IMG/VR virus record: IMGVR_UViG_3300048577_000125
Span: 1 to 35,837 of that record
Origin: a virus
Taxonomy: Duplodnaviria > Caudoviricetes
Reading direction: 5' to 3' (one strand)
DNA length: 35,837 nt
The notes below the pieces were generated by a model. That model was not told the DNA's origin. It saw only the letters and a program-made list of their open reading frames with translations, and did no database searches. The position numbers were made by a program, and so were the translations under genes. Below, piece after piece: positions 26,508-34,276 of this stretch; position 1 is the stretch's first letter; each line of letters opens with the position of its first letter.

Positions 26508-26971
26508 CCTACCAATTCGCCCAAAAGCTGGCCGAAGGCCAGACCTACGAACAGCAGCTTGATGAACGCTTCGCCGACCGCTTCATCATCCAGCCCGCCA
26601 CACCGCAGCAGCAGCGCCAGGGCATTGACCGCGTCTACCGCCCGCGCAGCAAGCCGCATCAGATCCTCTACGTCGAATACAAAGCCGACCGCACCGCCGT
26701 GCGCACCGGCAACGCCTTCGTGGAGACAGTGTCAGTAGACACCGCCAACAAAGCCGGCTGGGCCATCACCAGCCAGGCCGACTGGCTCTTCTACCTCGTC
26801 CCTGGCGCCGCCGAAGTCCTCTACATCATTCGCATGGCCGACCTGCGCGCCCAGCTCCCGCAGTGGCGGGGGCGCTACCAAGAGCGCCGCATCCCCAACG
26901 AAGGCTATCACACCGTCGGCCTGCTCGTCCCGCTCGCCGAGTTCGAGGCCATCGCCTACACCGTCATCTAG
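26504..26971 (+). CDS. PD-(D/E)XK-type nuclease (restriction-endonuclease-like)
   Basis: QRQGID...VEYKAD...GNAFVE; ATGA overlap with the methylase stop. Confidence 0.7.
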   Translation: MTYQFAQKLAEGQTYEQQLDERFADRFIIQPATPQQQRQGIDRVYRPRSKPHQILYVEYKADRTAVRTGNAFVETVSVDTANKAGWAITSQADWLFYLVPGAAEVLYIIRMADLRAQLPQWRGRYQERRIPNEGYHTVGLLVPLAEFEAIAYTVI

Positions 26972-26980
26972 GAGACCACC

Positions 26981-27136
26981 ATGTACTGGCTCATCTATCT
27001 CTGCATCGGCGCCCTCATCGTCATCTGTGCCGTCGCCACATTCCTGTGGGCCGCCACCGCCATCGTCACCATCTTCGCCCCCGCCATCGACGAAGGCGAC
27101 TACATCGACGACGAAGAAGCGGACCAGTACAGGTAA
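26981..27136 (+). CDS. Small membrane protein (51 aa)
   Basis: AGGAG RBS; MYWLIYLCIGALIVICAVATFLW...DQYR; below the ORF-track cutoff. Confidence 0.65.
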   Translation: MYWLIYLCIGALIVICAVATFLWAATAIVTIFAPAIDEGDYIDDEEADQYR

Positions 27137-27154
27137 TCACCGTTATCGAGACAG
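27125..27154 (+). other. dif/Xer-like site K
   Basis: CAGTACAGGTAA-TCACCG-TTATCGAGACAG; the TAA is the stop of 26981..27136. Confidence 0.8.
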
Positions 27155-27160
27155 GACGCT

Positions 27161-28084
27161 ATGAGATACATCAGTTTGTTTTCTGGCATAGGGGCAATTG
27201 ACCTGGGTCTGGATCGTGCCGGTATGACGTGCGTTGCGCAGGTTGAGAATGACGCAGCAGCGCGCGGCGTGCTCGCGGCCCACTGGCCCGACGTTCCCCG
27301 GTTCGATGACGTGCGCAACTTTGGAAGAAAGGTATTCGATGGATCAGTTGACCTTATTGCAGGAGGATTCCCCTGTCAGGACGTATCACTTTCCGGGCAG
27401 CGCGCGGGCTTGGCTGGAGAGCAAAGCGGCTTATGGTGGCAGTTCCGTCGCATTATTAGGGAGCTTACGCCACGATGGGTTGTTGTCGAAAACGTGCCCG
27501 GCCTTCTATCCAGCAACGCCGGCCGGGACTTTGCCACCGTCGTTCGCGGGCTGGTCAAGTGCGGGTATGGCGTCGTCTGGCGGGTTCTGGACTCTCAGTT
27601 TTTCGGAGTCGCCCAGCGTCGGCGCCGTGTGTTCATTGTCGGAAGTCTTGGAGACGGATGTGCCGCTGAAGTTCTTTTTGAGCCAGTCGGCCTGCAAGGG
27701 AATCCTGCGCCGCGCCGCAAAACGTGGGAAGAAGTTACCAGCACGCTTGGAGCAAGCTCTAAAGCTGGTGGTAGGCGATCAACCGACCTAGACGGCGCAG
27801 GAGCATACATCGTCGCCTTTGCCCACAAGTTTGCGGGGAACAACCGTACTAGCATTGTGCGTGCTGGCGATTATGCAGGCACCATCAGCGCGACCAGGCA
27901 AGATGCTATTAGCGGCAGCTTTGGCGTTCGTCGACTGACCCCGCTGGAGTGCGAACGGCTTCAAGGTCTCCCCGATGGCTGGACGGCAGGGCAGGCAGAT
28001 AGCCACCGATACCGGCAGCTTGGCAACGCTGTCGCCGTGCCGGTAGTCGAGTGGATCGGCAGCCGAATCATGCAGTACAGATAA
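27161..28084 (+). CDS. dcm: C5-cytosine DNA methyltransferase
   Basis: SLFSGIG, GGFPCQD, VENVPG, QRRRRVF, RRLTPLECERLQG and GNAV motifs. Confidence 0.95.
   Translation: MRYISLFSGIGAIDLGLDRAGMTCVAQVENDAAARGVLAAHWPDVPRFDDVRNFGRKVFDGSVDLIAGGFPCQDVSLSGQRAGLAGEQSGLWWQFRRIIRELTPRWVVVENVPGLLSSNAGRDFATVVRGLVKCGYGVVWRVLDSQFFGVAQRRRRVFIVGSLGDGCAAEVLFEPVGLQGNPAPRRKTWEEVTSTLGASSKAGGRRSTDLDGAGAYIVAFAHKFAGNNRTSIVRAGDYAGTISATRQDAISGSFGVRRLTPLECERLQGLPDGWTAGQADSHRYRQLGNAVAVPVVEWIGSRIMQYR
27339..27791 (+). CDS. Nested +1-frame polypeptide within dcm (M.EcoHK31I beta-like)
   Basis: ATG with GAAAGG RBS; SLSEVLETDVPLKFFLSQSACKGILRRAAKRGKKLP. Confidence 0.6.
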   Translation: MDQLTLLQEDSPVRTYHFPGSARAWLESKAAYGGSSVALLGSLRHDGLLSKTCPAFYPATPAGTLPPSFAGWSSAGMASSGGFWTLSFSESPSVGAVCSLSEVLETDVPLKFFLSQSACKGILRRAAKRGKKLPARLEQALKLVVGDQPT

Positions 28085-28102
28085 GGAGGATTATTTCTAC
28101 AT
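28073..28102 (+). other. dif/Xer-like site L
   Basis: CAGTACAGATAA-GGAGGA-TTATTTCTACAT; the TAA is the dcm stop and the spacer is the RBS of the next gene. Confidence 0.8.
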
Positions 28103-28490
28103 GAACGACATCAACGACGAAGAAGACATGACCTACGAACTCAGCGCCACCCCGCGCACTCTGGACGCCTACCAGAGTGAGGCAATGAACACCCGTAATT
28201 CAGACACCGACCTGCTGTACAGCGCCGGCAAGCTCACCATCGAAGCCGCCGAATTGCAGCAGCACGTCCTCAAAGCGCGCTACCACGGCAAACTAGCCTC
28301 CTCCGCCGCCATGCTGGAGGAACTCGGCGACGTGCTCTGGTACGTCGCCGCCGTGGCCACCGACCTCGGCCTCACCCTCAGCGACGTAGCAGAATGCAAC
28401 CTCGCCAAGCTGCGCGTTCGCCACGGCAGCGCCTACAACCCTGCGCACTACCAAGGCGCAGCCTGGAACCAGCACGAACAGGAGCGATAG
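28101..28490 (+). CDS. MazG-like nucleotide pyrophosphohydrolase
   Basis: EAAEL...LEELGDVLWYVA...NLAKLRVR. Confidence 0.88.
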   Translation: MNDINDEEDMTYELSATPRTLDAYQSEAMNTRNSDTDLLYSAGKLTIEAAELQQHVLKARYHGKLASSAAMLEELGDVLWYVAAVATDLGLTLSDVAECNLAKLRVRHGSAYNPAHYQGAAWNQHEQER

Positions 28491-28492
28491 CC

Positions 28493-28849
28493 ATGACCAC
28501 CCTCACCAGACCCGCCCGCACCGCCCAGCCCAGCGGCAGCCGCACCAAGCTCGCCGCCATCGCCGCCACCATGTACAGCAACGTCGTCCGCCCGCGCGAC
28601 TGGGACCGCACCAAACTCGCCAACGGTCTCGACATCATCCTTCATCGCGTCGATGAACACCGCTGGCGGCTCGCCCTCGCCCGCGAAGGCGTCTACCCCA
28701 GCGACATCGAAGTGGGAATCGTCCGCGGCTGCTTCGACGTGCCCGCAGCCGCCGAAGAAGAGCGCAGCGAGAAGCAGCATCGCCACCCGAAGACAGGTCG
28801 GGAAATCAACTATCGCCGGGTCGAAATCACCTGGCAAGAGCGCGAGTAG
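28493..28849 (+). CDS. Hypothetical protein
   Basis: Start ATG 28493 with AGGAG upstream. Confidence 0.6.
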   Translation: MTTLTRPARTAQPSGSRTKLAAIAATMYSNVVRPRDWDRTKLANGLDIILHRVDEHRWRLALAREGVYPSDIEVGIVRGCFDVPAAAEEERSEKQHRHPKTGREINYRRVEITWQERE

Positions 28850-28869
28850 TTATCGAGAATTGAGGCCGT

Positions 28870-29802
28870 ATGAGTATCGAGGTTATGACCCGCGTCTGGG
28901 CCAGTTCCCAACAAAAAGGCAGCACCCTGCTGCTGCTGTTATCCATCGCCGACTACGCCAACGAACGCGGCGTAGCCTACCCATCCATCGCGACGCTGGC
29001 GCAGAAAGTCCGCATGACCGAGCGCAACGTCCAAAAGCTGCTGGGAAAGCTCGCAGAGTCCGGCGAACTCATCATCAAGCCCAACGCCGGCCCCGCCGGT
29101 TGCAACCTCTATCGCATCGTCCTCAACACCACCAGCAACACCGCCCCCGCCCCCAGCCCCGCCGATTGTAAGGGGGGCGAAAAGTTTTCGCCCCCCCAGG
29201 GTGAAAACTTTTCGGGGGGGGGTGAAAAATCGGGTCAAGGGGGTGAACGCCAGTTCACCGGGGGGGTGAACGCCAGTTCACCCGATCCGTCATTAGAACC
29301 ACCAATAGATCCGTCAGTAGACGACGACACGCGCGCGACCCCAACCGCAGCCTCGTCATCGTCGTCGCAGCCGCCCGCCCCTGCTCTCGTTTTGGCGGAG
29401 GAAATGCCCGCCCCAACCAACCAGCCGCCCGTCCGGCTGCCCGCCGCCGCCGTCGCCCAGGCCATTGGCCGCCGTGACCCCGCCTGGCTGGCCGCCAAGG
29501 CAGCCTATGAGAACAACATCGGCCTCCTGACCCCCCTCCTGTCCCAGCGCCTGGAGGAAGCCCTGGCCACCTACCCGCCCGAATGGGTCCCCGCCGCCAT
29601 CGCCCGCGCCGTCACCGCCGAAAAACGCCGCTGGGACTACGTCGAAGGCATCCTGCGCAACTGGAGCACCGAAGGCTGCGGCGGCCAGCGCAGCCGGCCC
29701 AGCGCCCCCCAGCGCAGCAGCAAACGCGCCGGCCACGCCCAGCCGCCCGCCCAGCCCGCCGAAGCCGCACCCGACAGCTACGCCGACCTGATCTTGCAGT
29801 AG
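28870..29802 (+). CDS. Replication initiator (N-terminal wHTH, C-terminal DnaD-like domain)
   Basis: LLLLSIADYANERGVAYPSIATLA; YENNIG...WDYVEGILRNW. Confidence 0.88.
   Translation: MSIEVMTRVWASSQQKGSTLLLLLSIADYANERGVAYPSIATLAQKVRMTERNVQKLLGKLAESGELIIKPNAGPAGCNLYRIVLNTTSNTAPAPSPADCKGGEKFSPPQGENFSGGGEKSGQGGERQFTGGVNASSPDPSLEPPIDPSVDDDTRATPTAASSSSSQPPAPALVLAEEMPAPTNQPPVRLPAAAVAQAIGRRDPAWLAAKAAYENNIGLLTPLLSQRLEEALATYPPEWVPAAIARAVTAEKRRWDYVEGILRNWSTEGCGGQRSRPSAPQRSSKRAGHAQPPAQPAEAAPDSYADLILQ
29172..29320. repeat. Iterons / putative replication origin inside the initiator gene
   Basis: Five GGG(G)n(T/C)GAA units, including two GGGTGAACGCCAGTTCACC, and two GATCCGTCA(T/G)TAGA. Confidence 0.75.
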
Positions 29803-29813
29803 GAGCACATACC

Positions 29814-30620
29814 ATGCAGCCACTAGCCGCCGTGCTGCCCGCCGCAGCACCAACCGCCAACAACACACCGCCCGCCGCCGTGATGTCCGCCGTCTGCCCC
29901 CTCTGTGGCGGCCTCGGCCTCCAGGGCTGGAAAACCCCGCGCCACTACCCCCTCGCCGAAGTCCAGTTCTGCGCCTGCGCCGCCGGCCAGGCCGCCCACG
30001 CCGCCGAACGCGCCAAGTCAGCCGCCGCTCACCAGCAGCGCCTCGCCGCCGCCTTCACCCGCGCCGGCATCCCCAGCCACTTCCACGGGCTGACCATCGA
30101 CACCCTGGCTGCGGCTGCCGGCGACGACCCCGACAAAGCCACCGCCATCGCCGTCGCCCGCGCAATGCTCGCCACCGGCCACTACGCCGGCAAGCCGGGC
30201 GTCTACCTCTTCGGCGAATACGGCTGCGGCAAAACCGGCGTCCTCACCCCCGTCCTGCGCCACTATCTCGACCAAGGTCACACCGGCCTCTGGCTGGAAT
30301 ACTACGACTTCTGCGCCGAAATCCAGAGCAAATACGGCCAGGGCGACGAAGCCGACAAAGCCCTTGACCTGGTGCGCAGCGTGGACTGGCTGCTCATGGA
30401 CGACGTAGGCGACGCCGCCCGCACCAGCCCCGAAACCGACGACAAACGCCGCCTGCTCTACCAGATCATCAACCACCGTCACAACCACGTGCGGCCCATG
30501 CTCATCACCAGCAACCTCACGCCTGACCGCTTCGTGGCCCAATTCGGCGCCCGCACCTTCGAGCGCATCCTCGAATCCTGCGCCATCGTCAAAATCGCCG
30601 GCCGCAACCTGCGCCGCTAA
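29814..30620 (+). CDS. DnaC/IstB-like helicase loader ATPase
   Basis: CPLC/CAC Zn motif, GEYGCGKT, LLMDDVG and ITSNL; likely start ATG 29814. Confidence 0.9.
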   Translation: MQPLAAVLPAAAPTANNTPPAAVMSAVCPLCGGLGLQGWKTPRHYPLAEVQFCACAAGQAAHAAERAKSAAAHQQRLAAAFTRAGIPSHFHGLTIDTLAAAAGDDPDKATAIAVARAMLATGHYAGKPGVYLFGEYGCGKTGVLTPVLRHYLDQGHTGLWLEYYDFCAEIQSKYGQGDEADKALDLVRSVDWLLMDDVGDAARTSPETDDKRRLLYQIINHRHNHVRPMLITSNLTPDRFVAQFGARTFERILESCAIVKIAGRNLRR

Positions 30621-30635
30621 CCGGAGCACACAACC

Positions 30636-30962
30636 ATGATGACCCTCATCAGCCTCACCTTCATCACCATCCTGCTCGCCCTCTGGATCAGCGAACTCAT
30701 CGCCCGCCGCCAGGCCGACGCCCGCGCCGCCCTCCTGCGCGCCCACCTTGACGACGCCATCAGCACCGAACTCGACCAGTACGAAGAGAACCAGCGCCTC
30801 AGCGCCGCCCTGGCTGACGCCCTCAACGACCGCAACGCCGCCAACCTGCGCGCCGCCCGCGCCGCCAGCAGTCTGCGCGCCATGCCCGCCATGCAGCTCC
30901 GCAGCCGCAACGGCCAGGGCCAGCCGCTCCTCGTCCGCCTGTCGCCCTACAGCCTCAACTAA
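30636..30962 (+). CDS. Membrane-anchored coiled-coil protein
   Basis: N-terminal TM helix followed by a helical region. Confidence 0.6.
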   Translation: MMTLISLTFITILLALWISELIARRQADARAALLRAHLDDAISTELDQYEENQRLSAALADALNDRNAANLRAARAASSLRAMPAMQLRSRNGQGQPLLVRLSPYSLN

Positions 30963-30984
30963 GGAGCCTGCCGAGCCATCACCG

Positions 30985-31015
30985 CAGTACCGCTAACAAC
31001 GGCTTATCACAACAG
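30985..31015 (+). other. dif/Xer-like site M
   Basis: CAGTACCGCTAA-CAACGGC-TTATCACAACAG, just before the FtsK gene. Confidence 0.78.
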
Positions 31016-31020
31016 AACGC

Positions 31021-32331
31021 ATGGGAGTGCATGTGAACGCCAACAACATCAAGCCCCTGATCGAAGGGGAAATCAAACTCATCAACCGCCTGCTCCAGGC
31101 GCAAGGCATTCAGGCCGCCGCCAGCCTGAAGCGCACAATGGTCGCCGCCAGCAGCTTCATTGCCTACGGCCTGAAACTGGCCCCTGACCAAACCATCAAG
31201 AGCATCGAGGCCATCACCCGCGAACTCGCCAACGAACTCACCCTCAACCGCGCCCGCCGCGGCCACCCCCAGCCCTGCCCCGTCCGCCTGCGTGAATACC
31301 CCCTCGCCCTCGAAGTCCCCCACCCCTGCCCCACACCTCTCGACTGGCGCGCCGCCACCCTGCGCAGCAAACCCATGCTCGCCACGGTCGGCCGCAGCTA
31401 CACCCTCACCGGCGCGCAGCAGGAGCAGATCGACCTCCAACGCCACTACCACATGCTCGTCGCCGCCATGTCCGGCGCCGGCAAATCCACCCTCATGCGC
31501 ATGGCCCTCGCCACCGTCGCCCTCAACACCGCCCCGCGTGACCTCCGCATCATGCTCATCGACCTCAAAGCCGATGACCTGGTTCCCTTCCGCCGGCTGC
31601 CCCACGTCATCAGCCTCGCCAGCAGTGTCGATGCCGCCGCCGCCATCATCGCCCAGGTCCACCAGCTCCGCGACGACCGCATCGCCGGCGCAGCCCGTGA
31701 CTACCGCCTCCTGCTCATCATCGACGAACTCGCCGAACTGGGCGAGCGCAAAGAAGTCCTGCTCCAGCTCGGCCGCATCCTCAGCACCGGCCGCAGCCTC
31801 GCCATCAACGTCTGGGCCGGCACCCAATACCCCACCGCCGCCACCATCGGCAGCGTCGTCGCCAAATCCTTCACCACGCGCATCGTCGGCCGCGTCGATG
31901 GCGCCCAGGCCGCCCAGGTTGCCACGCAGCGCCCCAAATCGGGCGCCCAGTACCTCGCCCACCCCGGCGACTTCATTCGGGTCGATGGGCCTGATATGCA
32001 GCGCCTGAAGGCGTTCAACCTGGGTCAGGACGCCACCGCCAGCCTCGTCACCGCCATCAGCCAATCATGGAGCGCGCCCGCCCAGCCCGCCCCCCTCACT
32101 GTCGTTTCCGACAGTGAGCCGGCCGCCGCCCATCCCAACCCCGCCGACGAAATCGCCGCCATCGCCGCCACCATCCAGCCCCTCTGGGGGCAGGGGGCCA
32201 GCCTCGCCGCCATGATCCGCACCGTCTACGGCGACCACGCCAACACCGGCGGCAGCAACCGCCTGCGCATCATGCAGGCCATCAACCGCCTGAACAGCAC
32301 CAGCGCCGCCCACTCGCAAGCAGCCGACTAA
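31021..32331 (+). CDS. FtsK/SpoIIIE-family ATPase
   Basis: HMLVAAMSGAGKST, LIDLK, LLIIDELAEL, GRSLAI and TQYP motifs. Confidence 0.9.
   Translation: MGVHVNANNIKPLIEGEIKLINRLLQAQGIQAAASLKRTMVAASSFIAYGLKLAPDQTIKSIEAITRELANELTLNRARRGHPQPCPVRLREYPLALEVPHPCPTPLDWRAATLRSKPMLATVGRSYTLTGAQQEQIDLQRHYHMLVAAMSGAGKSTLMRMALATVALNTAPRDLRIMLIDLKADDLVPFRRLPHVISLASSVDAAAAIIAQVHQLRDDRIAGAARDYRLLLIIDELAELGERKEVLLQLGRILSTGRSLAINVWAGTQYPTAATIGSVVAKSFTTRIVGRVDGAQAAQVATQRPKSGAQYLAHPGDFIRVDGPDMQRLKAFNLGQDATASLVTAISQSWSAPAQPAPLTVVSDSEPAAAHPNPADEIAAIAATIQPLWGQGASLAAMIRTVYGDHANTGGSNRLRIMQAINRLNSTSAAHSQAAD
32096..32117. repeat. 22-bp palindrome P8 (inside the FtsK gene linker)
   Basis: Exact copy encoding (L)TVVSDSE in a Pro/Ala linker. 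Confidence 0.95.
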
Positions 32332-32346
32332 CCAAGGAGCAGACAC

Positions 32347-32838
32347 ATGTACGACTATGAACCGCCCCAACGTCAACGCCCCCAGCGCAACTGGCCCGGC
32401 ATGATCATCATCCTCGCCGTCCTCGGCTTCATCATCCTCGCCATGTGGTGGATGAGCGAGAACTTCGGCGCCACCTTCGCAATGGCCGTCGCCGGCAGCC
32501 TCGTCGGCGCCGGCATCGTCGCCCTAGGCGTCATGCTCAACCAGAAGAACACCCAGGTCACGCTGGCCAGCGCCGCCAGCTTCAACCGTGACCTCGCCAT
32601 GACCGAAAAGGCCCGCCAGGGAACCTACAAAGAAGGCGCACGGCTGGAGCGTGACGCCTTCAACCAGCGCGCCCGCCTCGAACTCATCGACGCCAGGCGC
32701 GTCGATCAACTCGCCCAGCAGCGCGCCCAGATGTTGCGCCTGCCCGACAAGCAGCCCCCCGCCCAGCAGATGCCCCCCGCCTGGCTCTTCGACGACGAAG
32801 ACGCCGACGGCCAACCCGACGCCCGTTGGTACGAATAG
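32347..32838 (+). CDS. Two-TM membrane protein
   Basis: AAGGAG RBS; two hydrophobic helices and a charged tail. Confidence 0.7.
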   Translation: MYDYEPPQRQRPQRNWPGMIIILAVLGFIILAMWWMSENFGATFAMAVAGSLVGAGIVALGVMLNQKNTQVTLASAASFNRDLAMTEKARQGTYKEGARLERDAFNQRARLELIDARRVDQLAQQRAQMLRLPDKQPPAQQMPPAWLFDDEDADGQPDARWYE

Positions 32839-32849
32839 GAGACCACCCT

Positions 32850-33662
32850 ATGAAGCAATTCGCATTGGCATTCGTGGTGATCATCTTCGGCGCACTCGCC
32901 TGGCTCGCCGCCAGCCAACTCGATTCCTTCACCTTGGGAATGGCTATCGGCATGATTTTCGGTGTCCTGGCCGGCGTGCCCGTCGCACTGCTGACGCTGG
33001 CCGCCAACAACCGCCGCGCCGACGACGACGAAGACGGCCCCCCGCCGCCGCGCCAAAGCGCCATCATCCTGGATGCGCCGGTTGCGCCGGCTGCCCCTGC
33101 GTTGCCCACCCAGCCCACACGCCGCGCAGCATGGACACAGGCGCAGGTGCGGCGGCTCACCGGCTTCCAATATGTAGATGACACACGGACGCGAGCGCGG
33201 CTGGCCGCGTGCGGTGTCCAATCGCTGCCCTGCACTCATGCCCTGCTGGCGAATGAGGACGTGGCGATCCTGCGCGTCTACTACGCAGAGGGCTATTACG
33301 CCAAAGCCGCGCTGCCGCTGACGGCACAGGCCGCCACCGCTGCCCGCCATTGCTGCGACGATCCCGCAGCCATCGCGGTGGAGGTGCATCACCGCGATGC
33401 CATGATTTTCGCCTGGATGCGCCCCGCCGCAGCGCAGCCGGCAGCCGGCAGCCAGTTGGCCCGCCGCCCCTCTTGCCATGTGCGCCCGCAGCCCCCGCGC
33501 CTGCGTCAAGCCGCGGACGACGACGAATACTATGAGGCTGTGACCGTCGAAGAGGAACTTTCCAGCGCCGCCACCCAGCCCGCCAACTGGGATGCCTGGG
33601 GCGACGACGACGACCCCGAAGACCCCCCCGACGCCTGGGGCGACGACGAAGACGACGACTAA
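32850..33662 (+). CDS. Two-TM membrane protein with acidic tail
   Basis: Start ATG 32850 with AGGAG; GMAIGMIFGVLAGVPVALL; repeated DAWGDD(D/E). Confidence 0.7.
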   Translation: MKQFALAFVVIIFGALAWLAASQLDSFTLGMAIGMIFGVLAGVPVALLTLAANNRRADDDEDGPPPPRQSAIILDAPVAPAAPALPTQPTRRAAWTQAQVRRLTGFQYVDDTRTRARLAACGVQSLPCTHALLANEDVAILRVYYAEGYYAKAALPLTAQAATAARHCCDDPAAIAVEVHHRDAMIFAWMRPAAAQPAAGSQLARRPSCHVRPQPPRLRQAADDDEYYEAVTVEEELSSAATQPANWDAWGDDDDPEDPPDAWGDDEDDD

Positions 33663-33669
33663 CCCACGC

Positions 33670-33700
33670 AAAAAGGCCCCGGCAACCCGCCGGGGCCTTT
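33670..33700. terminator. Bidirectional terminator between convergent early and late operons
   Basis: AAAAAGGCCCCGGC-AACCC-GCCGGGGCCTTT. Confidence 0.85.
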
Positions 33701-33706
33701 CCCATC

Positions 33707-33736
33707 CTGTACCGCTAAGTGCAGTTATCTCGCCTA
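33707..33736 (+). other. dif/Xer-like site N
   Basis: CTGTACCGCTAA-GTGCAG-TTATCTCGCCTA; overlaps the stop of 33734..34264. Confidence 0.75.
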
Positions 33737-34264
33737 ATTATCCCCAAACGCCACCCGCAGCCAGCTAGACCCCACGCAGAACAGCAGCACCACATCACCC
33801 GTGCCGCCCAGCGTCACATCAGCCCCCAACAGCAAATTCCCCGTGCCCGTCTTCAGCGTCACATCGCGCGCCCCGGCCACCGTGCGCAGCAGCAGCAACT
33901 GCCCCGTCGTCCCCCCGTTGATCGTGTCCAGATCATCCGTGGCGGCCCCGCCCTCCGTGTCAATCGTGTGGTAATTGCCCGTCACCGTGATCACGCCGCC
34001 GCTGATCGTCAGCGACCCGCCGAGTGGCAGCAGCGCCCGATCCTGCAACATCGCCGTCCCGCTCCCCGTCAGCGTCAGCTCCGTTCCGTCCCCCGTGATC
34101 AGCTTCTTCCCCGCATCCGACCGCGCCACATAGCTGGCTGGCAACCGCTTGTTCGTCCCGCTGGCCGCCATCGTCGTGTCCGAGACATCCACCACCATCA
34201 GCATATCATTCGTCGCCGGCGTCGCCGCCAACTGCGCCAACTGCGTCGTTTTTGCATCCGCCAT
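33734..34264 (-). CDS. Minor tail/fibre-associated protein
   Basis: Gly/Thr-rich; IDTEGGAATDDLDTINGG; last late gene. Confidence 0.65.
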   Translation of the reverse strand: MADAKTTQLAQLAATPATNDMLMVVDVSDTTMAASGTNKRLPASYVARSDAGKKLITGDGTELTLTGSGTAMLQDRALLPLGGSLTISGGVITVTGNYHTIDTEGGAATDDLDTINGGTTGQLLLLRTVAGARDVTLKTGTGNLLLGADVTLGGTGDVVLLFCVGSSWLRVAFGDN

Positions 34265-34276
34265 ATTCCACCATCC

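Noticed and set aside
28831-28861. Half-site TTATCGAGA before the initiator gene
   Set aside because: Resembles the right arm of site K, but there is no GTAC/TAA left arm.
1839-32117. 22-bp palindromes as a CRISPR array
   Set aside because: Copies are kilobases apart, there is no repeat-spacer array, and no cas genes are present.
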